64,000 bases of DNA from Geosiphon pyriformis uo1. Lineage: Eukaryota; Fungi; Glomeromycota. Positions 13,401 to 27,213 of the stretch are shown in pieces. The position numbers and the translations under genes are program-made. The stretch spans positions 1 through 64,000 of the forward strand of contig JAAOMT010000471.1 of the NCBI GenBank assembly GCA_016748015.1, written 5' to 3'. The stretch's first letter is position 1, and every line of letters begins with the position of its first letter. The notes below the pieces were generated by a model. It ran no database searches and was not told the DNA's origin. It saw only the letters and a program-made list of their open reading frames with translations.

Positions 13401-14102
13401 ATAATAAGTTATATTCTGGAGTTTTGTGTTTGTTTTGTAAAAAAATTGAGTTGTTGGATTATTTTTTCATTTATGCTAATGATACTGGCATTTAAAAAAA
13501 AATTTTGTTAAAGGCTTCAAATGTTTAAATTTTGTTAGTTAGAATCTGTAGCTCTTTTTTTACTGTTTTGAAAACTCTTTTTGAGTGCTTATTAAATGTG
13601 AAATTGTACATAGTAATTTTTAAAGGCTTTGTATTAAAACATTGGTGTAATAAAACTGTTGTGATCCTTAAAAAAAAGAAACAAATTGTTGTAATAATAG
13701 TAAAATTTGTGAAATATTTGGTAAAAAAACATTGTTCAAGAATTTGGTTTGTAAAGTTTAGGCATAAAGTAAATATAAAAAGGACTAGTTTGGTAAAAAA
13801 TAATAATTTGATGTTTATATTGTCTTGTAATTAGGCTAGAAGTTTGTCAAATGGAGTAATTTATCTGCTCAATATTATTGAGTTTTTTATTATTAGCTTT
13901 GGTAAACATAAGTCATATACTTTTTTTTCTAATTTAAGTGATTATGTTAATGTTTATATAAATATATAGTATTGTTTTGTTTGGCCCAAATAGTTGGTTA
14001 CATGTAGCCAATACATAAGTTGTATTTATTTGGAATTACTTAATTTGATTCTATATGCTAAATAGTGGTTAAGCTTTACTTATTAATTATTATTAAAAAA
14101 AA
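7450..14102 (+). mobile_element. LINE-1 of this window: full-length non-LTR retrotransposon (ORF1; ORF2 APE endonuclease-RT-RNaseH-Zn finger), heavily decayed
   Basis: ORF1 remnant from ~7580; APE motifs CNVR/ETKL/IDYIFVS (9440-10030); RT FVDN(D)TIW at ~11615; RNase H YTDGS-like at ~12700; CxxC..H..C at ~13425; 3' UTR and poly(A) to 14102; small internal deletion in RT at ~11347. Confidence 0.9.
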
Positions 14103-17100
14103 TACATATAACTAGTCATCTGGTTAATTAAGATAATACTATATAATTATATTAAAAACTTTTTTAACTGTATCTGTAAAAAACAGACAACTTATTTTTA
14201 ATTCAAAACTAATAATATAACTCTTTCCAATTTTTAACAAATAAGTAATTTTATTTAAAATTTTAATAGAAAAACCACAAACAATATCAAATATAATTTA
14301 TTTTAGCTTTAAGTTTCAAATTAGGTATCTATATTTACTTCTTATAATCAATAATTAAATTCTGAACAAATTCAACTAATTTAGACATAATAAGCTTAGT
14401 AATTTTGAAAAAAATCTTAGTTTTTATCAACCAATTCTTAAAAACAAATTTCTTATATAAAACTATATACAAATTAATATTAAAAACACACATAATCAAT
14501 GACTAATGAACTATAAATAAAGCCAAATTTGTATTAGTTAAAAACTAGTAAAAAGTAAAATGTTTATTTAATAAATTTTAATAAATTAAAAAATTTGAGC
14601 TGTAAATAAAACTATAATTTAAAAACTCTATCTTATCACAATATACATATAATATATTTGAATAATTAGTAATTATATAAGTGTTTTTTAACTATTATTA
14701 GCAATTTTTTATGTAAAGTCTTTATTAAATACATATATAAATTAGTAATGACTTTGCTTATGTATTCAACAGCCATATAAAAATCAGAATACCAAACTAA
14801 AACAGTATGTTTTTAACTAATATTACCAATATACAAAAAATGCATAACATTAAAATTCAATCTAACTTCTTATTAAAAATGTTTTATAATATTATTTATA
14901 GTTTTAACAAAATAATAAATATTATTAAACATTATTTTATTATTAGCCATTAAAAAATTTTCTTTAATATTTACCAAAAAAACAAGCTCTAAAAAAATAG
15001 TCTAATCTGCCAACTTATTAATATGCTCATTGTTTAATACATTAAAATAATTTTTTATCTTGGCTCAATTTACAAAAATGTCTTTATTTTTGACCAAATT
15101 ATTAATATAATAGTGCTTTATCTAATATTTATTATAAAAATTAAGTATCACTAATATTAATTTAACTTAATATACATCCAAAAAAGTCTAACTGTCAGAA
15201 TAAATTGTAACTTTAGATAAAATTGAAACACATTTAAGAGTTAGAGCAATAATTTATATCTTAACCAAAATTAAAGACAACAATTTATTAATTTCTACAC
15301 TTATATACAAACTCAGATCAAAAAAATAGACAGTTATATTATCTATAGCACCAAAAAGCCAAAGTTTTTAACTAAACTATCAGTATAAATTGAGATTTTA
15401 AGCAAAGATACATTCTTTTAATTAGAACAAACAATATTAAAATCATATGTATTAATTATATTTATTTTAAAAAAGTGTTTAGAAACAGATAAAAAATCTT
15501 AGATTAAATCAAATCTGTATAAACCAAGAGGGAACTAAACTTTGAAATCCAATTATTTTTACTAATAAAAAATTTTTTGAACAAAATATTTTTCATAATT
15601 ATTCAAAAGTTGGTTAGCAAAAATAATACCAAAGTATTTTAGAAATTTAAAAATTCGAAAATAATTTATCTGATTCAGAATATTTAAAATAGAAATATTA
15701 TGTTTAAAATAAAAAGCATTGAGTAGATTAATAAACAAAAATATATTATTGTGCCAAAAAATTTTAGTAATACTAACCAAAAAATTGTTTACAGAATTGA
15801 TTTTCAACTTAATGAAAAACTGAAAAAAATTTTGAAAAATTCAACTTGAGATCTACAAATTCAATAATTTATGTCTACAAAAATATTTTTAATATTAGCA
15901 AAATTTATTACTAATATCATTTTTTTTTCTGTTTAGACTTAATTAAAAGACTTTAAATTATATAAATATAAATAATACATAGCTTTATTAAAAAAGTTTT
16001 TAGACAAATTGGCTTTAGACTTTAACATTTTTTTAGTTAAACAATTTTACTTATCATATATACTTTTGCTAATAAAACTAAACTGTATTTTATATTCAAA
16101 AATAGGCTGTAAAACAGCTAAAACCAAATAAGAAAATTGTTTGTTTGATATAGTTTTATATAAGACCATAGATAAAAAAACTTTATATCTAAATTTATTT
16201 TTTTCAAACTTGAACCAGAAAAACTTTTAGTTAATAAAAAAATATCCAAATATTAATAAGCTTTACCAGTTTTTGCAATTGAAATAAAAGACTTACTTAT
16301 ACTTAAAAAAACATTATTGGTTCTTAGATTAATTAAAATAACTACTGTTTTGTTTATATTTATTAAAATATTTATAATAGCAAAGAATTTATTAATAATA
16401 TTCAAAATATTCTGTATTGTTATTTTATAGTTACCAATTTAAATTGTATTATTCACAAAAACACCAATTACCAAATAAAAAATCAAACTAGCATTAAATT
16501 CAATTTTGTCAGTTTTAGTAACAAATCTAAAATTCATTTAATATTTGAACATAGGTTTATTTTTTTTTACTTTATATAAGAAAAAGTTGTAAAAAATTCT
16601 CTGAAAAAGAGACAAAAAAACTTCATTCTAATTAAGTTTATTATAAACTTTATAATTTTTAAACAAACTAAAGTCAATTATAATTCTATTTATATAATTA
16701 TTGTGAATATAACCAAAAAATTTTATAAATTTGTTACATATTTTTATTTAATTAAAACTGGTTTTTAAATGTGATTAACTCACTAAATTATAAGTTTTGC
16801 TTATGTTTTAAAGCACTAATCAGATTTTTCTACTTTTTTCCAAAGTATTTTTAATAACAAATCTAATAGTAAAAATAAAAAACTAAATTGAAATACTCTT
16901 TAAAACTAAGAAATTGTCTTTATATAAAATCTTGTATTTGTTAGAAATCTTAGAAATACAATCAGACAAAATCTTTAAAAAATTTTTTCTTGTAGTTTTA
17001 ATAAAAACAATAGATCTGGTGTTTATTTAAATGTTTTTTTATTTATATAGTTTTAGAATCATAAATATCCAGATTTTTTTTAGATATTAAAAATCAATTT

Positions 17101-20100
17101 AAACACTAAACACAAATTAAGTAAATACAATAAACAATTTAAAACAAATTTGTAACTATGTTTCCATATTTTATTAAAAATATCAGACAATTTAATAACT
17201 TTTTTATTAGGAAGATTTTTGATCACTAATAAAAACTTATTAAAACCAATTTATAATATTATATTAAAAAATATATTATTATTAACATACTTAAAAAATG
17301 CAAATTATTTCTGTTAATAAAAAAAAATAGTAGCTTTAACTGCATATTTTTTGGTCTAATTTTTCATAATTAAATTAATTCTACACTTGACCAAATTAAA
17401 TTTTAAACTAGTTTACTATTATTAATCAAATAATTTAATATAACTTTTTTGTAAAGTTTTTTCAATACATTTCTTATTATTTGACTCTTATTATCAGCAA
17501 AAGCTTTTATGTATTAAGTAATAACAATTTTAATACAAAAATTCTCAGTAGTTTTAGATTTTGATATCTTATAAGACTTAGAAATTTTTTTAAAACAAGT
17601 TAATAATTGTTTAATTAAAACTTTGCTATAATTATTATTCAAGAATTTCTTGAATTTTATTGTTTAGTTAGAATTCAAAAAAATTTATTTGTTGACTAAA
17701 GTCTAAAGTTCTTCTAAATTTTTTAATCAATATGCTTTTAAGATTTTTAACACCAGCAATTCTAGTCTGTAAAACTTAAAAAATACAATACTTTTGATCA
17801 CCCCATTATTTTAATACCATGTTTTGAAAAAACAACATTAGCTATAAAGTACACTATTCTATTAAGCAACTGTCGTATTCTATTAAAGTCTGTTTTTTTT
17901 GGTAATCATTGTTATAAGTAATTATTTGAAATGTTAGTACAAATAACAAACCCATAATTTGATGCTTAATTGTTATAATGGTGTTAGTTTTTGAAGATTT
18001 TTGTGATCTGAAGGTTTTGGTAAAGTTTTTTATATAATGAACAGAGATTCAATAATTGTTTTCAATTGTTTTTTAGAATTGCAATTTCATCAATTTTTTT
18101 CTCAGCTTGGTGGCTGGCAATTTTCTAATAAGTAATCCTTAAATTCAAGTATCTATTCTCTTGTAGACATCTTTTACTAAACAATCTTTGATGTTAATAC
18201 TCAATGCTTAATCTTTTTAATCAATTTAGTAAATAACAAAAGAAAATAAAATAAAAAAAAATAAAAAAATAAAAAAAATAAAATAAGAAATAAGTATTTT
18301 GTCAATAGCCATAATTAAGAGCTATTGTGTCAGCAGATTAAGTAGTGGATAATAACATGGATTTGAAAAATTGAAAGAATATTTTATTGATATAATTTCA
18401 TTCAGTTGATAACAATTATCTTTGAAAAGAGAAGTATTTAATAATTATGATCTGTAAGTTTAATTGACTCTAAGAGTTTAATTGATTAATTTTCTAGCTT
18501 TTGATACTACTACTATATATACATAATTTATGTTATACAAAATTTTTTGAATTCCTTATACAAAAATCCTGTAATTTTGGAATTCTGCAATTTTTCTAAG
18601 AAGAATCTTGGAATTCTATTTTTACTACATCTATTCTGATTGGCTAATTTATGTATTAATATTTAATTTTTATATTCTATGAATAACATCATTAAAGTTT
18701 TTAGCAGTATTCAAAGCAGCAGCCAACAACAAATTCTCAAACTTCTTTTAAACTTTCTTATTAATCTTACAAATTTTGTATTTTTATCTATTTTTAGTGA
18801 GTTGTTTATGTATTAAATTAAGTTAAAAACTAAAAAGTTTTTCCAAACCAATGTCTATTGATATAACAAAATAATTAATATTAAAAAACTCATCTGAACA
18901 GTAAACTTGTTAATTAAGAAACAAATTTTAAATACTATTATTAATTAAAACAAAATTAATGCATTTTTTAATTTTCTTAAAATTAAATTATATAAAAAGC
19001 TTATATAATAAATAAACTTATATCTAAAAATTTTCTAGAACTTATACTATAACCAGAATTATTTTTATTGAATTTATTATTAAAAACCAAATATGTATTA
19101 CTATTTAAAGCTTTAGTTACTATAAAATTAATATTATAAAACTTGGCCAATTTTTTTTTTAAAATAACACTAATATATAACTCCAAAATAAAAATCAAAA
19201 AATGATTCTTAAATAGTAAACATATTAACAAAAATCAAGTAGCAATTTTTAATACTTTGCATATATATTTAACAATATTATTGTTAATTATTACTACAAT
19301 ACTAGAACTCAGATAATTGAAGTTAACTTTCAAAGTAAGAACTTTAATTTTTTTAAATTTACTCATAATTTAAGAACAAATCTTATTTTTGTTTTTGTTA
19401 TAATAAATACAAAATTACTCTTATTTTTATGTTAGCAAATAATATTCTCTTAATTAGCAGAATTGTTTATTTCTTTAATATTATATATAGTAATTTTTTA
19501 AATAAAACTGATTATTGAGAAAAACAAAAACTTAAAACCAAACCAAAATTGTTTACTTTGGCCAAAAGTTCTAAAACCATATTTAATAATTTCTTTATAT
19601 TATTTTTTAATTTTAAAAAACTTGATGAATTTAAAAGCATTGCTTCTATAACAGTTTTATTGTTAAAAATTATATCTATACTCTTATTTATTATTATATC
19701 TACTCTTTAATTTTGTAATAAAAAAGTTATTAACAACTAATATCTAGAATTAAACTGAAAAATTATTGACTTAAATATATTTAATTTCTTAGTTAACTAA
19801 TCAATTTGTTTTACAAAACCAGCAAGACTGTGCTCAAAAACAATGAACTTATTATTTATTTCTAATATAACTGATAGAAAAAACTTTACTTCTATAGAAA
19901 AATCAATTTTTGAAGACTTATTATACAGAAAAAAAGAGAAAAATAAGAAACTACCAACAATTTTTACTTAAAAAACTCTACCAAAAAAAACTAGATAAAT
20001 AATGAAAGCTAAATATTTAGTGTAAATAATAGTAAGCCTGTTTTTATTTGCTTTTAAAAGAATTTTATAAAAAAAACTACCTAAAAAAACTTTCTTATCA

Positions 20101-21400
20101 TTAGTATAACTAATTAATATATGACTCAATTTCTTATACTTAATATACTTGGCCATATTTAAATAAAACTAATACAGATTATATCTCTTAAAACTAGTGT
20201 AAAATTTATAATAGTATTTAGTAAGTTAGCAGAATTAAAACAAATTACCACATATTTAGTTTAAGCATATAAAACAAAATAATAATCAATTACATATGTT
20301 TTTTTATTTATAAATTTAATAAAGTCTTAAATATTATGTGTATTTGTTCTTATTGACAATATATAAATTAGTGTTCTATTATAGTTTCTTGTGTTTTATG
20401 TTTTTTGGTTTATATTAGCTTTAGTAATTCTTATAGAATTTTTCTTAATTAAAATAGATTATTTTGTTATGATTAAATTAATATAATCAGATTACTCAAA
20501 TTCAATTATAGCCTTTTGTTATATTTTTACTAATTGTATTTTAATTGACACAATTATCTCAAATTCAAATAACACAGTATATACAACCCTAACTAATGTT
20601 CTAATTGGTATTTTTTTAACTACTACAATTTAATTTAAATATTTAACAAATTTTTTGAAATTGGTATTTACTAAAATGTTTGTAGTTCTTGTTTTTTTTA
20701 TTGCTTATGCTAAATTTAATTTGGAAATAAATAATGTATAAATAATTTTAACAAATTTTAAGAAAATAGAAATTTGTTCAAAATCATTGATTTTAGAAAA
20801 CAAATTTCCAATTATTTTTAACTTTTTTTAAGAAAATTTTTTTACTATAGCATCTAAACTAATATTAAAAGTAAAAATTTTTTTAACAGATATATTAACA
20901 AGATTTTTTAAAGAAAAAGACAGAATTATAAAAATATTTAAGAAAACATTATTTTTATTTTTACTTATAAACTTAATCTTTTTTAAAAATATGTTTAATG
21001 TTTTTTTGATCATAAATTTAAGTTTCTTAAATGTTTAGTTTAGGTTGTTTTTTTTTATTGTAATTTACATTGGAATTTTCCACTAAAAATTTTTTTTTAT
21101 ATCAATATTATTGAATTTAATAGTATTATTAGCTTTAGAATCTTAAGAACAATTAATTATTTTCTTGGCAAACAACTCTTTATTAACAATATTATCTTTC
21201 AAAACATTCTTATTAACAATATTAAAACCAGAGTTTCTGGTAGATTTCTTCATAACAGCAATATTAAAATCAATAATAGTCTTGTAATTAAATAAAACTA
21301 GTTTTAATTTATCAAATTAAATAGTATATAATAACAACTAAAAACTTTTTTATTAAAATTAAAACTTTTTGATAATTATTAGAATAAATAGATAACAAAA
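14103..21400 (-). mobile_element. LINE-2: full-length decayed APE-RT-RNaseH LINE, interrupted by a solo LTR
   Basis: Reverse complement colinear with LINE-1 (RT ~16400-17100, APE ~18900-19450, ORF1 VVVKKIPI...IVSIKIQLV ~20500-20630, ATGAAGAAA at 21253); 5' boundary approximate. Confidence 0.85.
17910..18688 (-). mobile_element. Gypsy solo LTR inserted in LINE-2 ORF2
   Basis: TGTTAT...ATAACA termini; perfect 4-bp TSD TCAT (17906-17909 / 18689-18692); reverse complement resembles U5 of the element 1/3 LTRs; LINE ORF2 is continuous across the site. Confidence 0.88.
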
Positions 21401-21654
21401 AAATTATTAAAAATAATCGAAATAATAATAAAAAAATTTAATTAAAACAGTAAATTAAATTTGTAAAAATTAATATACATAATTAATCTTAAAATTATAT
21501 CTATTTAATTTTTCTAAAGAATTTAAAATAATAATAATTTTTATTATTATTATATGTTTTATTTACTTATTTTTAGAATTAATAATAAAATTTTAAAAAT
21601 TTTACTTACAAAAATTGATTTGTTTAATAAATTTATAGTTAAATTTATTAGTGT

Positions 21655-21976
21655 TTTAAAAATTTTAATTATTTTTTTATTGATTATTAAAAATAAATAC
21701 CAAAATTTTTTTAAATTAAAAGTATTATTATTATTATTTTGTTGTTTAAAAATTCAAAAACTATAATATATGTCTTTTAAATAATAAAAATAATAAATTA
21801 ATAATTTTGTAAAAAATATAAAATATTAATTTAAAAATTATTAAAACCTAAATATATAAATATATTTAAAATAAAAAATTAAATACTTAAATAAAATAAA
21901 AACAAATAGTTTTTTTAATTTATATAGCTTAATATAAGTTTAAATTATTAGTTATATATAAAAAATGTGTAAGTAA
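21655..21976. repeat. Right arm of the long inverted repeat (partner 6984-7330)
   Basis: Reverse complement of 6984-7330 with scattered substitutions and small indels. Confidence 0.8.
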
Positions 21977-22347
21977 TATTTTTGTTACATATTTTAAGTT
22001 TTAATTAAATTATATTTAATACTGGTTTAATTTTTTCTAATTTTAAAACTTACAATTATTTTTATTTTAAAATAATGAAACGAATTTTGTTCAATATTAA
22101 AATATATAAAAAAATAATAATCTTAATTTAACAAAACAAAAATAATTTAATGAATATTGCATAATACAATAATTATTAAAAAAACAATTATATTATAGAG
22201 TAAAAACTCTTGTAATTTAACAAAGGCGGGTTTGTTACCTAAATAGTAAATTTATACTGATAAATCAAAGATCTGAAACGTCATTGACACGAACCAAACA
22301 TATATTAGGCCACATCTTCCCAAACCATAACAAACACGCAAAACACC

Positions 22348-23223
22348 ATGGCTAGTGTCGACAGAATCCAACATCAATTAGGGGTGGCTACGACCGAGTA
22401 TAGGAGATGCGTGGAGGAGCTGAAGGAGAAGGGTGAGAAGCTGGGTGAAAAGGAAGTTGAGTTACATGACTTGAAGAAGAATTTAAGACAGAGGAAGTAC
22501 AAGGACGAAAACGAAAAGAATTGGTGGATAGAAGATATGCAAGAGTTAGAAAAGCAAAAAGAAAAGTTAGAAGAAGTGAAGAAAAAACTGGAGATAGAGA
22601 AGGACGAGTGGAAGGAGGAGCTGCGAAAATGGGCAGAAAAACTACGTGCAGCAATAGATGATACAGGTAACAAATTTGTAAATTCCACTTTTCCATCCAT
22701 ACAATCTATATTATTATTCATTCATTTTGTAATCATATGCGTTTTATGGAAGGAATATCCATATCTAAGAGAATATTTGGTGTATAACGCTTATTACTTT
22801 CTATTTTCTATGGTTATTCTAGAACACCTTGCGAAGCGTGCTAGAATTGACATGCCTGACAACACCTTATCATTTCTACAACTTCTCTGTCCTCCCTTCG
22901 ATGAACCAATCACACGCAGCAATCTTGAACACTGTTTTACCTNNNNNNNNNNNNNNNNNNNNNNNNNNNNNNNNNNNNNNNNNNNNNNNNNNNNNNNNNN
23001 NNNNNNNNNNNNNNNNNNNNNNNNNNNNNNNNNNNNNNNNNNNNNNNNNNNNNNNNNNNNNNNNNNNNNNNNNNNNNNNNNNNNNNNNNNNNNNNNNNNN
23101 NNNNNNNNNNNNNNNNNNNNNNNNNATGAACAAAAATCCTAATAGTCGACCGACTGCAAATGATGCTTTAAAAGATGAGTGGTTTAATTTGCCAGAGGAG
23201 CAATTATCTATAATGGAAGCTTA
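22348..23223 (+). CDS. Coiled-coil N-terminus plus probable protein kinase; middle missing in an assembly gap; intron 22667-22822
   Basis: E/K-rich coiled-coil exon 22348-22666; GTAACA...TTCTAG intron; exon 2 EHLAKRARID; after the gap NKNPNSRPTANDALKDEWF, a kinase subdomain XI-like tail; CpG retained. Assumes both sides of the gap belong to one gene. Confidence 0.65.
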
Positions 23224-24589
23224 GACTTTTAAACACCCTATATTAAATATACTGATGTTATACAAGTTTTATTATTTGCTTAAATCAATTTTAATTTTTA
23301 AATTTGTCATGCTTATTTTGGTTTTTTTATATTTTCGGAATTAAAAAAGTATTTTATTCAAAATAAATAGCTTTTTTATTTATTTTTTTAGCTGTTAATG
23401 ACTGTATTTTTTATTTCAGATTTTTTAAATAATTATTTTTTGTATAAAAAATATGTAATGCTTATTTTAATTTGTAATAATATTTAAGTTTAAAATATTA
23501 ATATTAACAATTTTTTAAAAAACAAAATTTGATTATGTTTTGTTTGTATGTAACCAGTTATCTAAATTAGTTAAAACAATATTATATTTTAAATAAAATA
23601 TATTCTGGCTAATTTATTATATATATTACTANNNNNNNNNNNNNNNNNNNNNNNNNNNNNNNNNNNNNNNNNNNNNNNNNNNNNNNNNNNNNNNNNNNNN
23701 NNNNNNNNNNNNNNNNNNNNNNNNNNNNNNNNNNNNNNNNNNNNNNNNNNNNNNNNNNNNNNNNNNNNNNNNNNNNNNNNNNNNNNNNNNNNNNNNNNNN
23801 NNNNNNNNNNNNNNNNNNNNNNNNNNNNNNNNNNNNNNNNNNNNNNNNNNNNNNNNNNNNNNNNNNNNNNNNNNNNNNNNNNNNNNNNNNNNNNNNNNNN
23901 NNNNNNNNNNNNNNNNNNNNNNNNNNNNNNNNNNNNNNNNNNNNNNNNNNNNNNNNNNNNNNNNNNNNNNNNNNNNNNNNNNNNNNNNNNNNNNNNNNNN
24001 NNNNNNNNNNNNNNNNNNNNNNNNNNNNNNNNNNNNNNNNNNNNNNNNNNNNCAATTTTAATTTTTAAATTTGTCATGCTTATTTTGGTTTTTTTATATT
24101 TTCGGAATTAAAAAAGTATTTTATTCAAAATAAATAGCTTTTTTATTTATTTTTTTAGCTGTTAATGACTGTATTTTTTATTTCAGATTTTTTAAATAAT
24201 TATTTTTTGTATAAAAAATATGTAATGCTTATTTTAATTTGTAATAATATTTAAGTTTAAAATATTAATATTAACAATTTTTTAAAAAACAAAATTTGAT
24301 TATGTTTTGTTTGTATGTAACCAGTTATCTAAATTAGTTAAAACAATATTATATTTTAAATAAAATATATTCTGGCTAATTTATTATATATATTACTAAT
24401 TAAAAATGTTTATATTATTAATTAAACTTAAATAATTAAAAAATTGCAATTTTTTTCTTTAATTTAATATTATTAAACTTGTTATTTTTGGTATAATCAA
24501 ATTTATTTTATAAATTATGTTAACTTTAAAACTTTTTTTGTATATAATATTATTTAAATAGAAAAATAACAAAATAACAAAATTAATTA

Positions 24590-25355
24590 ATTTTTTATTT
24601 TTATGTTTAATAAGTACAGTCCAATCACTATTTAATATATAAAAACAAATTAAGTAAATCTAATTAAATATAATTCATATGTTTATTATATGTAATTAGT
24701 CATTTAAACCAATCAAGACAATATTATATACTTATATAAATTTCTATACTATTAATAAAACCTAAAATAAATGAACAAACTTTGTACAATTTAAAACTAA
24801 CAGTAAAAAACTCATAAATACCAAGCAAATAAACAACATTAATTAGCAAAACACTAAACAAATTTCAAAACCAACAGTTATTATACTTATATTATCAATC
24901 AAATTACATTTTTTTATATTTGCTCTAAACTTTGATCTAAACAACTATAACTTACTACAATACTTTTTGATCAATAATAAACAAAATTAATCATTATTAA
25001 AACAGTTTTTTTTTATTACCAAAAATCAATACTGCCTTATTAATTCAGTTTTTAAAAACAAAGTTTTTACACAAAATTTTCAAAGAATAAATATATAATA
25101 CTAAGAATAATAACAGAAAATAAAGTTCTATTAAAGACTTTTATAAATTAATATAATCCAGCAAAATTTTAGAATAAATAAAAACATTTGTTAAATACAT
25201 AAAAACATAATTAGATAGTTTAATATTATTACATATTAAGCACAAAACATTTAAATAACTTTTATTATAAAGTTTTTTTTAATTATAATTAAAAAGCTTT
25301 TATAAACTGCTTTTATCAAATATATGCCAACACAGCTGAAGTCTTATTAGTAAAT
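24590..25355 (-). mobile_element. 5'-truncated LINE fragment (ORF2 C-terminal Zn finger and 3' UTR)
   Basis: Reverse complement matches LINE-1 13320-14100. Confidence 0.75.
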
Positions 25356-25645
25356 TTTAAAAACATATAAAAGTTTGGTTTGTTATATAAAATAATATTT
25401 AAACTTTTTAATAATATAATATATATACTAAATATAATTAAATCTTTCATAATTAATTTTGGTAAATATAAATTATGCCTTTTTTCTTAGAATTGAATAA
25501 TAAAATTAGAGTTTATATAAGTGTATAGTATAACTTTGTTTGGCTTAAGTTGCTGGTCACATGTAGTAAAAGTATAAATTGTATTTAATTTAAATCATTT
25601 AGTTTGGTTTTATATATTAGATAATAATTAGACTTTATTTGTTAT
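25356..25645 (+). mobile_element. Short LINE 3'-end fragment
   Basis: GTGTATAGTATAACTTTGTTTGGCTTAAGTTGCTGGTCACATGTAG matches the LINE 3' UTR at 13960-14010. Confidence 0.75.
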
Positions 25646-26176
25646 TTTTTATTATTATTAAGATTTAATAAGCACAGTTTAACTACTATCTAAAAATTGA
25701 AAACAAACTAAGTATTCTAAGACTAAATATAATTTACATGTTTTTTATATATAACTAGTTACTTGAATCAGTTCAAACTATATTACATTAATACAATAAA
25801 AATAAACTTATTCAAAGCTGACATTTTTTGAATTATATTAAATAATCTAATATTATAAAAAATTAATTTGATTAATTATTTAGCTGTTTTTAAGAAAACA
25901 GTTTTAATATTATTAGATTTATATGCCCAAAAAAACATTAAATTAAAAAATGTTTTATCATCAATGTTAACTAGAAAATCCAAATTATTAGACATGTTAA
26001 TATTATTTATACAATACTTTTTTTTTAACAAAACCACTTTTTTTTTAACTTATTAATAACTTTCCTAAAAAAACTCAAATAAACAATAAGTTTATTAATA
26101 TTAAAATTAAAAACACTGCTTAAAACCAAATTATCTTTAATAATTTGTTTAAATACAATAATCAAAGAGTTAACAG

Positions 26177-27168
26177 TATTACCAAACGAAATTAGAGATA
26201 TTATTTAGCATGAAATTATCTTTATAATTCCTATCATTAATTAACCTATATTATTATTTCAAATTATTACTTATTATATTAGCAATATGTCCGAAATTAT
26301 CATTTAATTAATAACCCAATTTGTATATAACACAAATGTAACCTAATTGTGATGATCAATCATGCAATACCCCAAACTATGTAACATTCAAAAAGTTTGC
26401 CAAAATTTGTAGAAATTTGCCAAAATAATTGATAGTTCACCGAAATATCTAATAGTTTACAGAAATAACTTGTAGTTCACCGAAATGTATCTTTAGTTCA
26501 GTGAAATTGTAGAAAAAGAGCAAAGTTCAAGTTCACAGAATAGTGTTACAACAAGTTGTATAAAAGAAGAGTTTCTCTCTTTGAGAAAATGTATCTTACT
26601 TTAGATTTATCACTTAGAATCATTCCTACACACACAAAAAAAAGAAATAAAATATCAAATAATTTGAAAAACCAATTTCTTTAAATATTGCACTTGGAAA
26701 ATCTCCAAAAACCCAACTACGTTTTGAAATTGATTAGCTACCAATTTCAATAAACTGTTAGTGACTCCAGGCCTGGATAGAAAACGTTTCCCTTGACAAA
26801 ATTCTATTTTTTTTACATTTCTTTTATTTTTCTTTTATTTTCTTTTATTATCATAATCATTAAGGTAGCCTACAGATGAGAATTCCTGTAGAAAAGTTGA
26901 CTTTCACAGCAAAATAACTACACATTTTTAGTGAGCTTCTAGATGAGCAATTTCTAGGAAAGAGTTGATGTTTAATACAACATAACTACATAAAAGCAAC
27001 TGGCAAGGAATTGGTCATTCCACTCATAAGCCCAGCAGCTCAAATTATAGGAGATAATTTGAGGATAAATTCAGTTATTGGAGATTCAAACACTTTCCAT
27101 AATCGTGAATTAACAGCAGTACAACAAACATACAAGAGTTAAGAGGAGACCAAAAACCTCCGGTAACA
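26177..27168 (+). repeat. 5' LTR of Gypsy-2
   Basis: TATTAC (from TGTTAC)...GTAACA; ~95% identical to 35103-36094; TATAAAA at ~26559. Confidence 0.96.
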
Positions 27169-27170
27169 TT

Positions 27171-27186
27171 TGGTGCTCTCCCACAG
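27171..27186 (+). promoter_or_regulatory. Primer-binding site of Gypsy-2
   Basis: TGGTGCTCTCCC... 2 nt after the LTR end; TGG is complementary to tRNA CCA. Confidence 0.8.
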
Positions 27187-27213
27187 AAATAACACAGCAA
27201 CAACAAATTCAAA

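Noticed and set aside
15562-21766. Short AT-rich ORFs in the track (e.g. 15562, 19001, 19968, 20828, 21554; likewise 48517, 49828, 50994, 51849, 55913)
   Set aside because: Fragments or chance frames of decayed repeats, not independent genes
22667-22822. Hydrophobic TM-like stretch in ORF 22348-23142
   Set aside because: In-frame 156-nt GT-AG intron with AT-rich composition
23589-24077. ORFs made mostly of X
   Set aside because: Artefacts of N gaps
23286-24398. Identical ~346-bp direct repeat (23286-23631 and 24053-24398)
   Set aside because: The copies flank an N gap and look identical in a region where real repeats are mutated; most likely an unmerged contig overlap
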